This document shows, piece after piece, positions 10,182 to 19,124 of a stretch of 64,000 nucleotides of DNA (position 1 is its first letter; the number at the start of each line of letters is the position of its first letter). The translations under genes were made by a program, and so were the position numbers. Under the pieces are notes generated by a model. It searched no databases, was not told where the DNA came from, and was given only the letters and a program-made list of their open reading frames with translations. Source of the DNA: a bacterium (lineage in GTDB: Bacteria > Zhuqueibacterota > Zhuqueibacteria > Residuimicrobiales > Krinioviventaceae). The stretch is taken from assembly GCA_963675755.2 (NCBI GenBank), contig CAXXMD010000002.1:64001-128000 (forward strand), given 5' to 3'.

Positions 10182-11437
10182 TGAGAGTATTAATGACCCA
10201 TTGGAACTATGCACCGGAATTTTCAGGAGCTGCTTTACAAGGACATCGGTTGTCACTTGAGCTCATGAAACTTGGAATAGAAGTAAATGTGTTGACCGGA
10301 ACGGATAATCCGGATATGGTTGGAACAGACTATGTTGATGGCATCAAAGTCGTCAGGGTGTTGCGTGATAAATCATCACGTTTAAAACATTTACACTATG
10401 GCTGGGAAATGTTCAAACATGTATTGCGGTTTCGCCATGATGTGGATGTAGTGCATTCACATGGATTTATTGCACCTGTAAATATAGCAGCCAAACTTGC
10501 CAAATTACCGGTAATCCAGAAAATTACCAACCTGAATGTTGATGATCCCATTACTGTGAGGAGACGTAAACTGGGACATATTCTGATTAAAATATTCAAC
10601 TATTCACGTATTCTTGTGCCAACATCGCGTTTGCTGGAAAGAACCTGCAGACGTACTGATAACTCTCAACCTTTTTTCGCCAAAGTGTCTAATGGTGTTG
10701 ACCCCAATCTATTCAGACCGGTTTCTGCTGATGAGAAAAAACAAATTAAACACCAGTTGGGTTTGCCACGCAACCGTACAATTTTCCTGACGGTGGGCTC
10801 TGTGACCCATACAAAAGGACTGGATCTTTTAATCAATGCACTATATGAATTAAAACTCACAACATACGATGATTTTTTATTGCTGGTAATTGGCCCTAAT
10901 CATTTGAGTAAAAGTTTTGGCTTGGGTGACGAACCTACTGACACCTTTACCCGAAACCTTTTGCGTTCGATCAATGATAAGGGACTGTTCAAACATGTGA
11001 AATTTTTGGGAGTACAAGCCAACATCCATGAATATATGCAGGCAGCTGATGTATATATTCACTCAAGTCGCCAGGAAGGCCAACCCAATGCTATATTGGA
11101 GGCCATGGCAAGCGGTATTCCCGTAGTTGCTAACCGTTTACCTGGTATAACCGATGAATTGCTGCAAAATGGTCGTTACGGTTTTGTAGTTGACAGTGAA
11201 AATGATGTCGAGTTTGCATCTGCCATCCGTGTATTGATGAAACATGAAAAAATTCGTGGACGTATGGGAGCCTATTCCCGTATAGAGGTTTTACAAAATT
11301 ATAACCTTTGGAAAATCGCAGAAAAATATCGCTCATTATATTATAGCGTAGTAGATGAAGAAACAGTGGCAGAAGCGGGTATGCCGCAAGAAAATCAGTC
11401 ATTATTATCAATATTGAACCATATTAAACACAAGTAA
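10181..11437 (+). CDS. Glycosyltransferase family 4
   Basis: 'SNGVD', 'KGLDLLI', 'SRQEGQPNAILEAMASGIPVV'. Confidence 0.92.
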   Translation: MRVLMTHWNYAPEFSGAALQGHRLSLELMKLGIEVNVLTGTDNPDMVGTDYVDGIKVVRVLRDKSSRLKHLHYGWEMFKHVLRFRHDVDVVHSHGFIAPVNIAAKLAKLPVIQKITNLNVDDPITVRRRKLGHILIKIFNYSRILVPTSRLLERTCRRTDNSQPFFAKVSNGVDPNLFRPVSADEKKQIKHQLGLPRNRTIFLTVGSVTHTKGLDLLINALYELKLTTYDDFLLLVIGPNHLSKSFGLGDEPTDTFTRNLLRSINDKGLFKHVKFLGVQANIHEYMQAADVYIHSSRQEGQPNAILEAMASGIPVVANRLPGITDELLQNGRYGFVVDSENDVEFASAIRVLMKHEKIRGRMGAYSRIEVLQNYNLWKIAEKYRSLYYSVVDEETVAEAGMPQENQSLLSILNHIKHK

Positions 11438-11438
11438 T

Positions 11439-12119
11439 ATGGATCTGCAAGATCGTTTAGATAAACGTTTTTCACCGCAGGCTGTTGCATTCAAAAGAAT
11501 CATCAGCAAAGTTGTACAGCCGTTTAAGATTGAAAAAATTCTTGTGGTTGGCTGTGGTCGTGGATACGAGGCAATCAAATTACAAGAACTGTTTGGTGCA
11601 AAAATTCATGGGGTTGATGTTGAACAGGAATTTGATGTCAGGGCTGAACAATATGCACAGTTGAGCAACTATGATGGGGAAACCCTGCCGTTTACCGATA
11701 ATCATTTTGATATTGTCTATTCATTTCATGTTCTTGAACATGTAGAGGATGTAGATAAAATGTTGTTTGAAATGAAGCGGGTAATAAATCAGGGCGGATG
11801 GGTTTATATTGGTGTTCCGAACCGTTCACGATTGTTTGGCTATTTTGGAATGAAAGATAAATCGTTTTCTCAAAAATTAAAGCAAAATCTGCATGATTGG
11901 CAGGCCCGTATTCAAGGCCGTTTTGAAAACCGTTACGGTGCACATGCCGGGTTTTCAGCATCAGAATTAGGAAAGCTTTTATCAAATCATTTCACCCATG
12001 TAGAAAATGTTACCGGATTGTATTATCTAAACAAACGTAGTTATTTCAAGCTGTTGCTGCATTTACCCGGTTTTTCTAAATTTATTTTACCTTCTGTTTA
12101 TTTTCTTGCCTCAAAGTAA
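11439..12119 (+). CDS. Class I SAM-dependent methyltransferase
   Basis: 'ILVVGCGRG', 'LPFTDNHFDIVYSFHVLEHV'. Confidence 0.88.
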   Translation: MDLQDRLDKRFSPQAVAFKRIISKVVQPFKIEKILVVGCGRGYEAIKLQELFGAKIHGVDVEQEFDVRAEQYAQLSNYDGETLPFTDNHFDIVYSFHVLEHVEDVDKMLFEMKRVINQGGWVYIGVPNRSRLFGYFGMKDKSFSQKLKQNLHDWQARIQGRFENRYGAHAGFSASELGKLLSNHFTHVENVTGLYYLNKRSYFKLLLHLPGFSKFILPSVYFLASK

Positions 12120-12169
12120 AGAGCATTACCTGTTTATACTGCAAAATTTTTCAATTTTGTTTTTAAATC

Positions 12170-12198
12170 TTGATTTATTGACGGTAGAATGTTAATTT
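12170..12198 (+). promoter_or_regulatory. Candidate sigma70 promoter for ccmE
   Basis: TTGATT-N17-TAATTT with TG before the -10, about 30 nt upstream of the start. The AT-rich background limits confidence. Confidence 0.35.
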
Positions 12199-12228
12199 TA
12201 TTTCGAATTGAAAAATTAAAGGTGAATT

Positions 12229-12642
12229 ATGAAACCGAAAATAATCATAGGCTTTGTTGTTATTCTGTTTGCGTTGGCATTTGTTATTATAGGTGGTCTC
12301 CAGGAAACAGCCGTTTATTATATGACCGTACCGGAATTGCATGCTAAATCTTTACCCGAAGGTGAAGGTGTACGGATCAGTGGATATGTAGATCCTGAAT
12401 CGGTACAATGGAACGCTAAAGATATTGAACTGCGTTTTAGTATGTATGAAGAGAGTGATACATTGAGTGTCTTTTACAAGGGAGTTATTCCTGATCAAAT
12501 TTATGATGCACAAATTGTCGTAGCAGAGGGAACCCTTGCACATGATGGTTCTTTGGTTGCCAGTAAAATTTTACTCAAATGTCCTTCAAAGTATGAAACA
12601 GGGGACCCTGAAGAGCATCTTGAAACCAAAACACAGATATAA
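12229..12642 (+). CDS. ccmE: Cytochrome c maturation heme chaperone CcmE (CxxxY variant)
   Basis: N-terminal TM, 'YYMTVPEL', 'VFYKGVIPD', 'ILLKCPSKY'. Confidence 0.9.
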   Translation: MKPKIIIGFVVILFALAFVIIGGLQETAVYYMTVPELHAKSLPEGEGVRISGYVDPESVQWNAKDIELRFSMYEESDTLSVFYKGVIPDQIYDAQIVVAEGTLAHDGSLVASKILLKCPSKYETGDPEEHLETKTQI

Positions 12643-12663
12643 TGAATTTTATATATAATTTTC

Positions 12664-12699
12664 AAGCCCTGGTCATGATTATGGTCAGGGCTTTTTTTT
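12664..12699 (+). terminator. Rho-independent terminator after ccmE
   Basis: aagccctggtcat-gatt-atggtcagggctt followed by a T tract. Confidence 0.85.
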
Positions 12700-12813
12700 G
12701 TCTATAATATTTCATACTTTATATTTTAGTAATAGGTTATTTTTATACTCAAAATGGAACATTGATTGGGATGGGTTGTTTATTAATAAACAATTTAATA
12801 TAGGCGGGTAGGT

Positions 12814-13986
12814 TTGAGATATATTTTCCCAATTATCAGTAGTCTTTTGATTATTATCGGTGTATCGTTTATTGCATCTATGATGTTGAGGTTTTTTAAT
12901 AAACGTATCTGGCAATCAATTTATTTACAAAAATTTGCCAAATGGCTTCCCCGTGCAACTGCTTTATCCCAGTTGATCTGGTTAGTTGGAATTGTTTTAG
13001 GTGCAGGTGTTTTCTATTTAATAGGAGGGTCTCTTACTACGGTACTGATATTTTTTATACTTGCACTGGTTTTAGCTCTGCCAATTTCATGGTTGTTTTA
13101 TCAAATTGGCTCCAAAGTAACAAATACCAGTCATAATGAGCAACGGCGCAAATTTTTAAAAAGCATAGCTGGTGTTTTCCCTGTAGCCGCACTTTCTTTT
13201 GCCGCAACCGGAGTCGTTAAATCATATAGCAAAGTCAAAGTACCTATCATAGAGGTGCCTGTTCCTGATTTACCTCTGGCTTTAAACGGATTACGGATTG
13301 CGCATCTTTCGGATCTGCATTTGGGTTATTACTTTCAACTGGATGAATTACAACTCGCGTTATATGATATTAAAGCCCAGAATCCCGATATCTTTTTTGT
13401 AACCGGAGATGTAGCTGATGAACTGCATCAGCTTGATAAAGCTTTGAATATGATTAATGGTTTGGATACACCCCATAAAGGATTTGCGAGTGTGGGGAAT
13501 CACGAGTATTATCGTGGTATTGATAAAGTTATTTCAGTTTATGGAGACAATCCAGTTCCATTGTTACTTGATCATGGAGTTACTATACAAATAAATGGAC
13601 AGCCGGTTTATATTGGCGGTGCAGACGACCCTGTATCTCATCGGCTTGATATGCAATCTTTTTTGCGCAACACCATTGAAAAAAGTATGCAGGATGCCCC
13701 AGAGAATGCCTTTAAAATCTTGCTCAGCCATCGTCCTGCAGCTTTTGATATTGCTCAGAATATGGGCGTTCATTTAACTCTTGCTGGTCATACACATGGT
13801 GCACAATTTGGTTTTAATGGGCGCAGTTTTTTTGAAGGTAATCCTGTTGAACGTTATTTGTGGGGTTTGTATAGTAATAAAGGTAAATCGCTTTACACAT
13901 CCTGTGGAATGGGACACTGGTTTCCTTTCAGATTCGGTTGTCCTGCTGAAGCACCTATACTGGTGTTAAAACGGGCAAAAGCATAA
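12814..13986 (+). CDS. Membrane-anchored metallophosphoesterase (YkuE-like)
   Basis: DLH, GD, GNHE, 'LLSHRP' and 'GHTHG' motifs; N-terminal TMs; TTG start. Confidence 0.9.
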   Translation: MRYIFPIISSLLIIIGVSFIASMMLRFFNKRIWQSIYLQKFAKWLPRATALSQLIWLVGIVLGAGVFYLIGGSLTTVLIFFILALVLALPISWLFYQIGSKVTNTSHNEQRRKFLKSIAGVFPVAALSFAATGVVKSYSKVKVPIIEVPVPDLPLALNGLRIAHLSDLHLGYYFQLDELQLALYDIKAQNPDIFFVTGDVADELHQLDKALNMINGLDTPHKGFASVGNHEYYRGIDKVISVYGDNPVPLLLDHGVTIQINGQPVYIGGADDPVSHRLDMQSFLRNTIEKSMQDAPENAFKILLSHRPAAFDIAQNMGVHLTLAGHTHGAQFGFNGRSFFEGNPVERYLWGLYSNKGKSLYTSCGMGHWFPFRFGCPAEAPILVLKRAKA

Positions 13987-13999
13987 TTGTGGAATAAAT

Positions 14000-14803
14000 A
14001 TGAATCTAAATGAAAAATACGGGCAATACGCATTGGTAACCGGTGCTTCTTCCGGTTTAGGACTTGCTTTTGCTGAATATCTGGCAGCACACAAAATGGA
14101 TTTGGTTCTGGTAGCACGCAGAGAAGCAGAGCTGAAACTGATTACCAATCGCTTACAGAGCGATTATTCTGTTACTATAATACCGATAACTCAGGATTTA
14201 TCTGATCCTGGTTTTATGGATAATATTGAATCTAAAATCAAAGATCTGGATATCGGGCTTTTGATCAATAACGCGGGTATTGGTGCATCGGGTGAATTTA
14301 CCACAATCGATTTGAAACGCCATATGGAACTTGTCCGTTTGAATTGTCAGGCGCCTGTTCAATTGAGTCATTATATACTCTCTGGTATGAAAAAAAGAAA
14401 ACGGGGCGCTGTAATTTTTTTAGGATCAATTGTAGGGCATGGAGGCACCCCATTTTATTCTACATATGCAGCATCAAAGGCTTTTAATATTTCACTGGCA
14501 AAATCTATTTGGTTTGATGTTAGATCCTATAATATTGATGTATTGGCTATTTCTCCCGGTACCATAAAAACGGATTTTCATCGTAATGCAGGAATGAGCC
14601 AACCTCGTATGGCCATGCTGCCTGCCCAAGTAGTTATGGGTGCGATGCAAAAATTAGGGAAAAGTATTGAATATGTACCGGGTACCCTGAATCGTTTCTT
14701 GTCTTTTTTTAATGATTTGTTTAATGGTGCATGGTATTACCAAAAGAAATATAATTATATAAAAAAGAACATGTTTGAAAAAAATGGGGAACCTGAAGCG
14801 TAA
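14000..14803 (+). CDS. Short-chain dehydrogenase/reductase
   Basis: TGASSGLG, NNAG, YAASK. Confidence 0.93.
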   Translation: MNLNEKYGQYALVTGASSGLGLAFAEYLAAHKMDLVLVARREAELKLITNRLQSDYSVTIIPITQDLSDPGFMDNIESKIKDLDIGLLINNAGIGASGEFTTIDLKRHMELVRLNCQAPVQLSHYILSGMKKRKRGAVIFLGSIVGHGGTPFYSTYAASKAFNISLAKSIWFDVRSYNIDVLAISPGTIKTDFHRNAGMSQPRMAMLPAQVVMGAMQKLGKSIEYVPGTLNRFLSFFNDLFNGAWYYQKKYNYIKKNMFEKNGEPEA

Positions 14804-14897
14804 CTTGTTCGTTACATTTCTAAACGACAAATAAAGGGAGATGCATTCGCGTAATTTGATACAAAACTGATTTTTCACAATTACAGGATTTAGGTTT

Positions 14898-17246
14898 ATG
14901 TATCGTTATGTGTCAATGCTTTTGCTTTTCATATCTATACCGCTTTACTCACAATCACATAACCGTAAAATAGAATATACGGGCATTATTCAGGATGCCA
15001 AATCAAAAAGTCCGCTTGCAGGAGCAAATGTACTTTTGCCTGAACTGGATACCGGAACAACAACAAATGAACTGGGTGTTTTTACCTTTATGCTGCCGGC
15101 CGGTTCTTTTCAAATTAATGTTTCTTTTATGGGATACAAAACCCAATCATTTACTATTCATCCGGATAACAGTAATCGTGAAAAAGATGTTTATGAACTT
15201 GAACCCACTGTGTTATCTGCAAAAGAATTGTCCGTATCTGCTCAGGCTGATGATCCGGTGATCAACCGTTTTGAAATACAAGCCCGTGAAATACTAAAGG
15301 CACCGGCACCGCTTCCCGATGCATTGTTGACATTAAAGACACTTCCCGGAGTTTCTTCCAGAAATGATCTGAGCGCCTTGTATAGTGTACGAGGAGGGAA
15401 TTTTGATGAAAATCTTATATATGTTAATGGTTTCGAGATCCATCAACCTCAGGTTGTGCGTAAAGGAATAATGGAGAATCCCTCACTGGTAAACTCGGAA
15501 ATGCTGCAAGATATCAATCTACGAACAGGTGCTTTCTCTGTCAAATATGGAGACAAGCTTAGTTCCGTGCTGGATGTTAGTTATAAAGCTCCAACGGATA
15601 AAAGATTTGCCGGAACTGTTGATCTCAGTACCATCGGTGCAACCTCGGCGACGCAAATAAGATTATCTCCTGCATGGTCCATGTCGTTAGGATTACGCAA
15701 GTTGAATTACGGTTATCTAGTTGGAAATATTCAAAATCAGGAAACCCATTTTACACCGGATTATCAGGATGTTCAAGCAGTTTTGACGTGGCAGCCCGAT
15801 TCTTCTACCAGTCTGCAGATTCTGGGATTAAACGCTGAAAGCCGGTTTCATTCAGCTCCTGAATCATTTGCGTATTGGCGGGAAAATGAGGGCTATTACA
15901 AATTTGTCTATGATGGCTATGAAAACTTTGATTATAATACAGCATTACTAGCAGCAAGATTCCAAAAAGAATTTCAATCCATTCAGTGGAATGTGGGAGG
16001 TGCATGGTATAGACAGCGAGAAACTGAGAATACTCAGCTGGATGAAAACATGTTGTACAATTATTCATTCCGGGATGAACCTACCATGCAAGCCTATGAT
16101 GATTACCGGTATCGTTATCATTTTGTAAACAATCAATTTAAAAGTTACTATTATACCATAAATTCGGATGTTGAATGGTCTGTTTCACCTATTTGGACAA
16201 TCAAAACAGGTATTGATGTTAAACGATTTCGCATTTATGATGACTTGCAGGAAGAGCAAAAAGAGTTTAATGATGCTGGAACCAGTTTCCTGATCCCCAT
16301 GCACAATTACAATACCAGTGAATCTCATAACGGATACCTGCTTTCTCAATATACGCAAGCTGTATGGAGGCCCGCGTCTGATTGGCGTATTATTCCAGGA
16401 ATGCGCTGGACTGTTAGCACATTGAATCATGAACAACTATTCCTGCCACGAATCCAGGGTATTTGGCAAAAAAATGATACCTATGAGTATTTTGCCTCTG
16501 TGGGTAGATATGCACAACCGCCTTTGAACCGGGAATTCCAATTCCGAGACGGTCCTGATGAAGAACTACTTTCTCAGAAATCCTGGAATTTGACAGCCGG
16601 ACTCAGTCGTACTCCTCAACAAGGTCTTACATTACGTTTAGAGGCATATTATAAATCTCTCCAGGATATAATATCTTATGAGATTGAAGATGTGCAGATA
16701 CGATATTCAGGTACAAATGACGCCAGGGGTTATGTATATGGACTTGATGCATTTTTGCATGGTGAAATTGTAGAGGGAACAGAAAATTGGTTTAGTTATA
16801 GTTATATGGTCGCCAAAGAAGATATAATGGGTGATGATGAGGGATATGTTCCACGTCCTTCAGATCGCAGACACCAGTTGTCGTATTACATGGAAGACCG
16901 CATGAAAAAGTTTCCCAATTCTAAAATGCATATTCGTTTGGTTTATGGAACGGGTTTTCCATTTACATGGAAACGCTATGTTCTTAATTATGCTTCCGGT
17001 GAGTATGAATATTCACAAGGGAAGAGAAACAGTGACCGGTTATCCGCTTATCGTCGTTTCGATGCGGGATTCACTCAGGAATTCCGCATTGGTAAACGTT
17101 ATACAATAATTTTACGTGAAGAAGTATTGAACGTATTTAATAATATAAACATTCTTGGATATGATATTTCTTTTAATCGTAAAGTTGACCGCTATTTAAG
17201 CGGTCGTATTTACAATGTCGGGTGCCGGTTGGTTTTACATGAATGA
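14898..17246 (+). CDS. TonB-dependent receptor with N-terminal CarboxypepD_reg-like domain
   Basis: Signal peptide, 'PLAGANV...GTTTNELGVF', plug 'LPGV...VRGGNFDENLIYVNG', 'YGDKLSSVLD', C-terminal 'NVFN'. Confidence 0.88.
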   Translation: MYRYVSMLLLFISIPLYSQSHNRKIEYTGIIQDAKSKSPLAGANVLLPELDTGTTTNELGVFTFMLPAGSFQINVSFMGYKTQSFTIHPDNSNREKDVYELEPTVLSAKELSVSAQADDPVINRFEIQAREILKAPAPLPDALLTLKTLPGVSSRNDLSALYSVRGGNFDENLIYVNGFEIHQPQVVRKGIMENPSLVNSEMLQDINLRTGAFSVKYGDKLSSVLDVSYKAPTDKRFAGTVDLSTIGATSATQIRLSPAWSMSLGLRKLNYGYLVGNIQNQETHFTPDYQDVQAVLTWQPDSSTSLQILGLNAESRFHSAPESFAYWRENEGYYKFVYDGYENFDYNTALLAARFQKEFQSIQWNVGGAWYRQRETENTQLDENMLYNYSFRDEPTMQAYDDYRYRYHFVNNQFKSYYYTINSDVEWSVSPIWTIKTGIDVKRFRIYDDLQEEQKEFNDAGTSFLIPMHNYNTSESHNGYLLSQYTQAVWRPASDWRIIPGMRWTVSTLNHEQLFLPRIQGIWQKNDTYEYFASVGRYAQPPLNREFQFRDGPDEELLSQKSWNLTAGLSRTPQQGLTLRLEAYYKSLQDIISYEIEDVQIRYSGTNDARGYVYGLDAFLHGEIVEGTENWFSYSYMVAKEDIMGDDEGYVPRPSDRRHQLSYYMEDRMKKFPNSKMHIRLVYGTGFPFTWKRYVLNYASGEYEYSQGKRNSDRLSAYRRFDAGFTQEFRIGKRYTIILREEVLNVFNNINILGYDISFNRKVDRYLSGRIYNVGCRLVLHE

Positions 17247-17267
17247 AACAGATCAAGGGGGCTGTTT

Positions 17268-17867
17268 TTACAATGTAGCCCAAAATGCTTGTTTTAATTC
17301 TTGATACGTCGTTGTCACAGGGAACTGGGGGAACTCGTCAATGACATTTTGAGGGGGACGGAACAGGATGCCGGCATCCGCTTCTTTTAACATGGTTGTA
17401 TCGTTATATGAATCTCCGGCAGCAACAACTTTGAAATAAAGTTGTTTCAATGCCAAAACAGATTGTCTTTTTTGGTCTTTTTGACGTAATTGGTAGTCGA
17501 TAACCATACCCTTATCGTCAATAACCAGGCTGTTACAAAAAAGAGTAGGATAGTCCAGTTGTTTCATCAAAGGAGAGGCAAATTCATAAAAAGTATCTGA
17601 AAGGATGATAACCTGGAATTTTTCTTTCAACTCGTACAAAAAGTCTTTGGCACCATCAAGAGGCTCAAGCTGTGAAATGACATGTTGAATGTCAGATAAT
17701 CCAAGATTATGTGCTTTTAAAATATCCAGTCTTTGCTTCATGAGTACATCATAATCAGGGATATCTCGTGTAGTTGCGCGTAATTCATCAATGCCGGTAT
17801 GTTCAGCAAAATTTATCCAAATTTCCGGAACGAGTACACCTTCCAGGTCAAGACATGCTATGCTCAA
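17268..17867 (-). CDS. thrH: Bifunctional phosphoserine phosphatase / homoserine phosphotransferase ThrH (HAD)
   Basis: 'CLDLEGVLVPEIW', 'TTRDIPDYDVLM', 'LSDTFYEF', 'GDSYNDTTM'; TTG start with GGAG RBS. Confidence 0.93.
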   Translation of the reverse strand: MSIACLDLEGVLVPEIWINFAEHTGIDELRATTRDIPDYDVLMKQRLDILKAHNLGLSDIQHVISQLEPLDGAKDFLYELKEKFQVIILSDTFYEFASPLMKQLDYPTLFCNSLVIDDKGMVIDYQLRQKDQKRQSVLALKQLYFKVVAAGDSYNDTTMLKEADAGILFRPPQNVIDEFPQFPVTTTYQELKQAFWATL

Positions 17868-18120
17868 AATTCTGTTCTCCTGTTATTGGTATTGTTTAAA
17901 TAAAGTAGTGAAAATTTAAAAAAAATAAAAGTATGAAATTGTTGAATCTATCGGGAAATCTCTATATCTTTAATGTGTTATACTCTATATATAAAAAATA
18001 ATGCAAAAATTTTTCTGCAATTGTATATTATTTTTATTAAATTAATACGATCAGATTTATATCTGGGGAAACAAGTTGTTTTATAAATTTCACAAATATG
18101 ATATTATCGAGGGAGATATC

Positions 18121-19098
18121 ATGTTAAAAGCATTCATGATTTGGATGCTCATATTACTACCGGCATTCACCTTAATGGCTGGCTCTGGCATTGGTGAGTC
18201 CGGATCTGTATTTATGACATCACTACCGCCCAATGCGCCCGAATTAAGCGCTCCAACCAATGGGCTGGCGTCTGTTCCTGATTCCGTTTTATTGACCTGG
18301 AGGTCACTCATCCACACCTCTGGTTTTAACGTTCAGGTTTCTACTGAGGATGATTTTAATACGCTGCTTTTAGATGAAACGGGGGTTGCTGATACCCTGT
18401 ATTTAATGAAAAATCTGGATTTTAGTACGCTTCATTATTGGCGTGTAAATGCGGTAAATGCTGCAGGTACAAGCCCATATTCTACCGTTTGGTCTTTTTC
18501 TACGTTGCAGCCATTGTCTGGTCCGCAATTAATGCGCCCTGAAGATGGAGCTTTTGTAGATAATGAGGGATTGGTATTAGAGTGGAATCCAATAGATGGA
18601 GCTATTGAATACCATTTGCAAGTCTCAGATAGCCCTGATTTTTCTAATTTAATAATTGAAGTGAGTGATATCCAGGAAACAAATTATGCATTGAATTTGG
18701 AGACGGGTAACGTTTGGTACTGGAGAGTAAGTGCAATAAATGAAGCCGGTGAAGGTGATTTCTCCGGTATTTGGTCGTTTTCTAATTTGGCAACTGACAT
18801 TGATAAAGAATCTATACCCAAAAATTTTGACTTGTTGCCAGCATACCCAAATCCTTTTAATCCTACAACGTTTATAACATACCATTTACCTAAAACTGCG
18901 GATGTATCATTGGTCATTTACAATAGTATGGGACAAGTGATCCGTAACCTTGAACGGGGTCAGCGCCAGGCTGGCCGCTATTCAATACAATGGGATACCC
19001 GAGATAATCACGGTATGCCTGTTACCAGTGGTATGTATTTATGCAGGTTCGAGTCAGATGGTCATGTTTTTATTCGTAAAATGATGCTGCTGCGCTAG
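18121..19098 (+). CDS. Secreted protein: short N-terminal strand + 2 Fn3-like domains + T9SS type A-like CTD
   Basis: GGAG RBS before ATG 18121; signal peptide; two 'P.L..P..G...W...YWRV.A.N.AG...WSFS' repeats; 'AYPNPFNP...RKMMLLR'. Confidence 0.85.
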   Translation: MLKAFMIWMLILLPAFTLMAGSGIGESGSVFMTSLPPNAPELSAPTNGLASVPDSVLLTWRSLIHTSGFNVQVSTEDDFNTLLLDETGVADTLYLMKNLDFSTLHYWRVNAVNAAGTSPYSTVWSFSTLQPLSGPQLMRPEDGAFVDNEGLVLEWNPIDGAIEYHLQVSDSPDFSNLIIEVSDIQETNYALNLETGNVWYWRVSAINEAGEGDFSGIWSFSNLATDIDKESIPKNFDLLPAYPNPFNPTTFITYHLPKTADVSLVIYNSMGQVIRNLERGQRQAGRYSIQWDTRDNHGMPVTSGMYLCRFESDGHVFIRKMMLLR

Positions 19099-19124
19099 AC
19101 CTGTTCTTTATATTTGAGGCGGAA

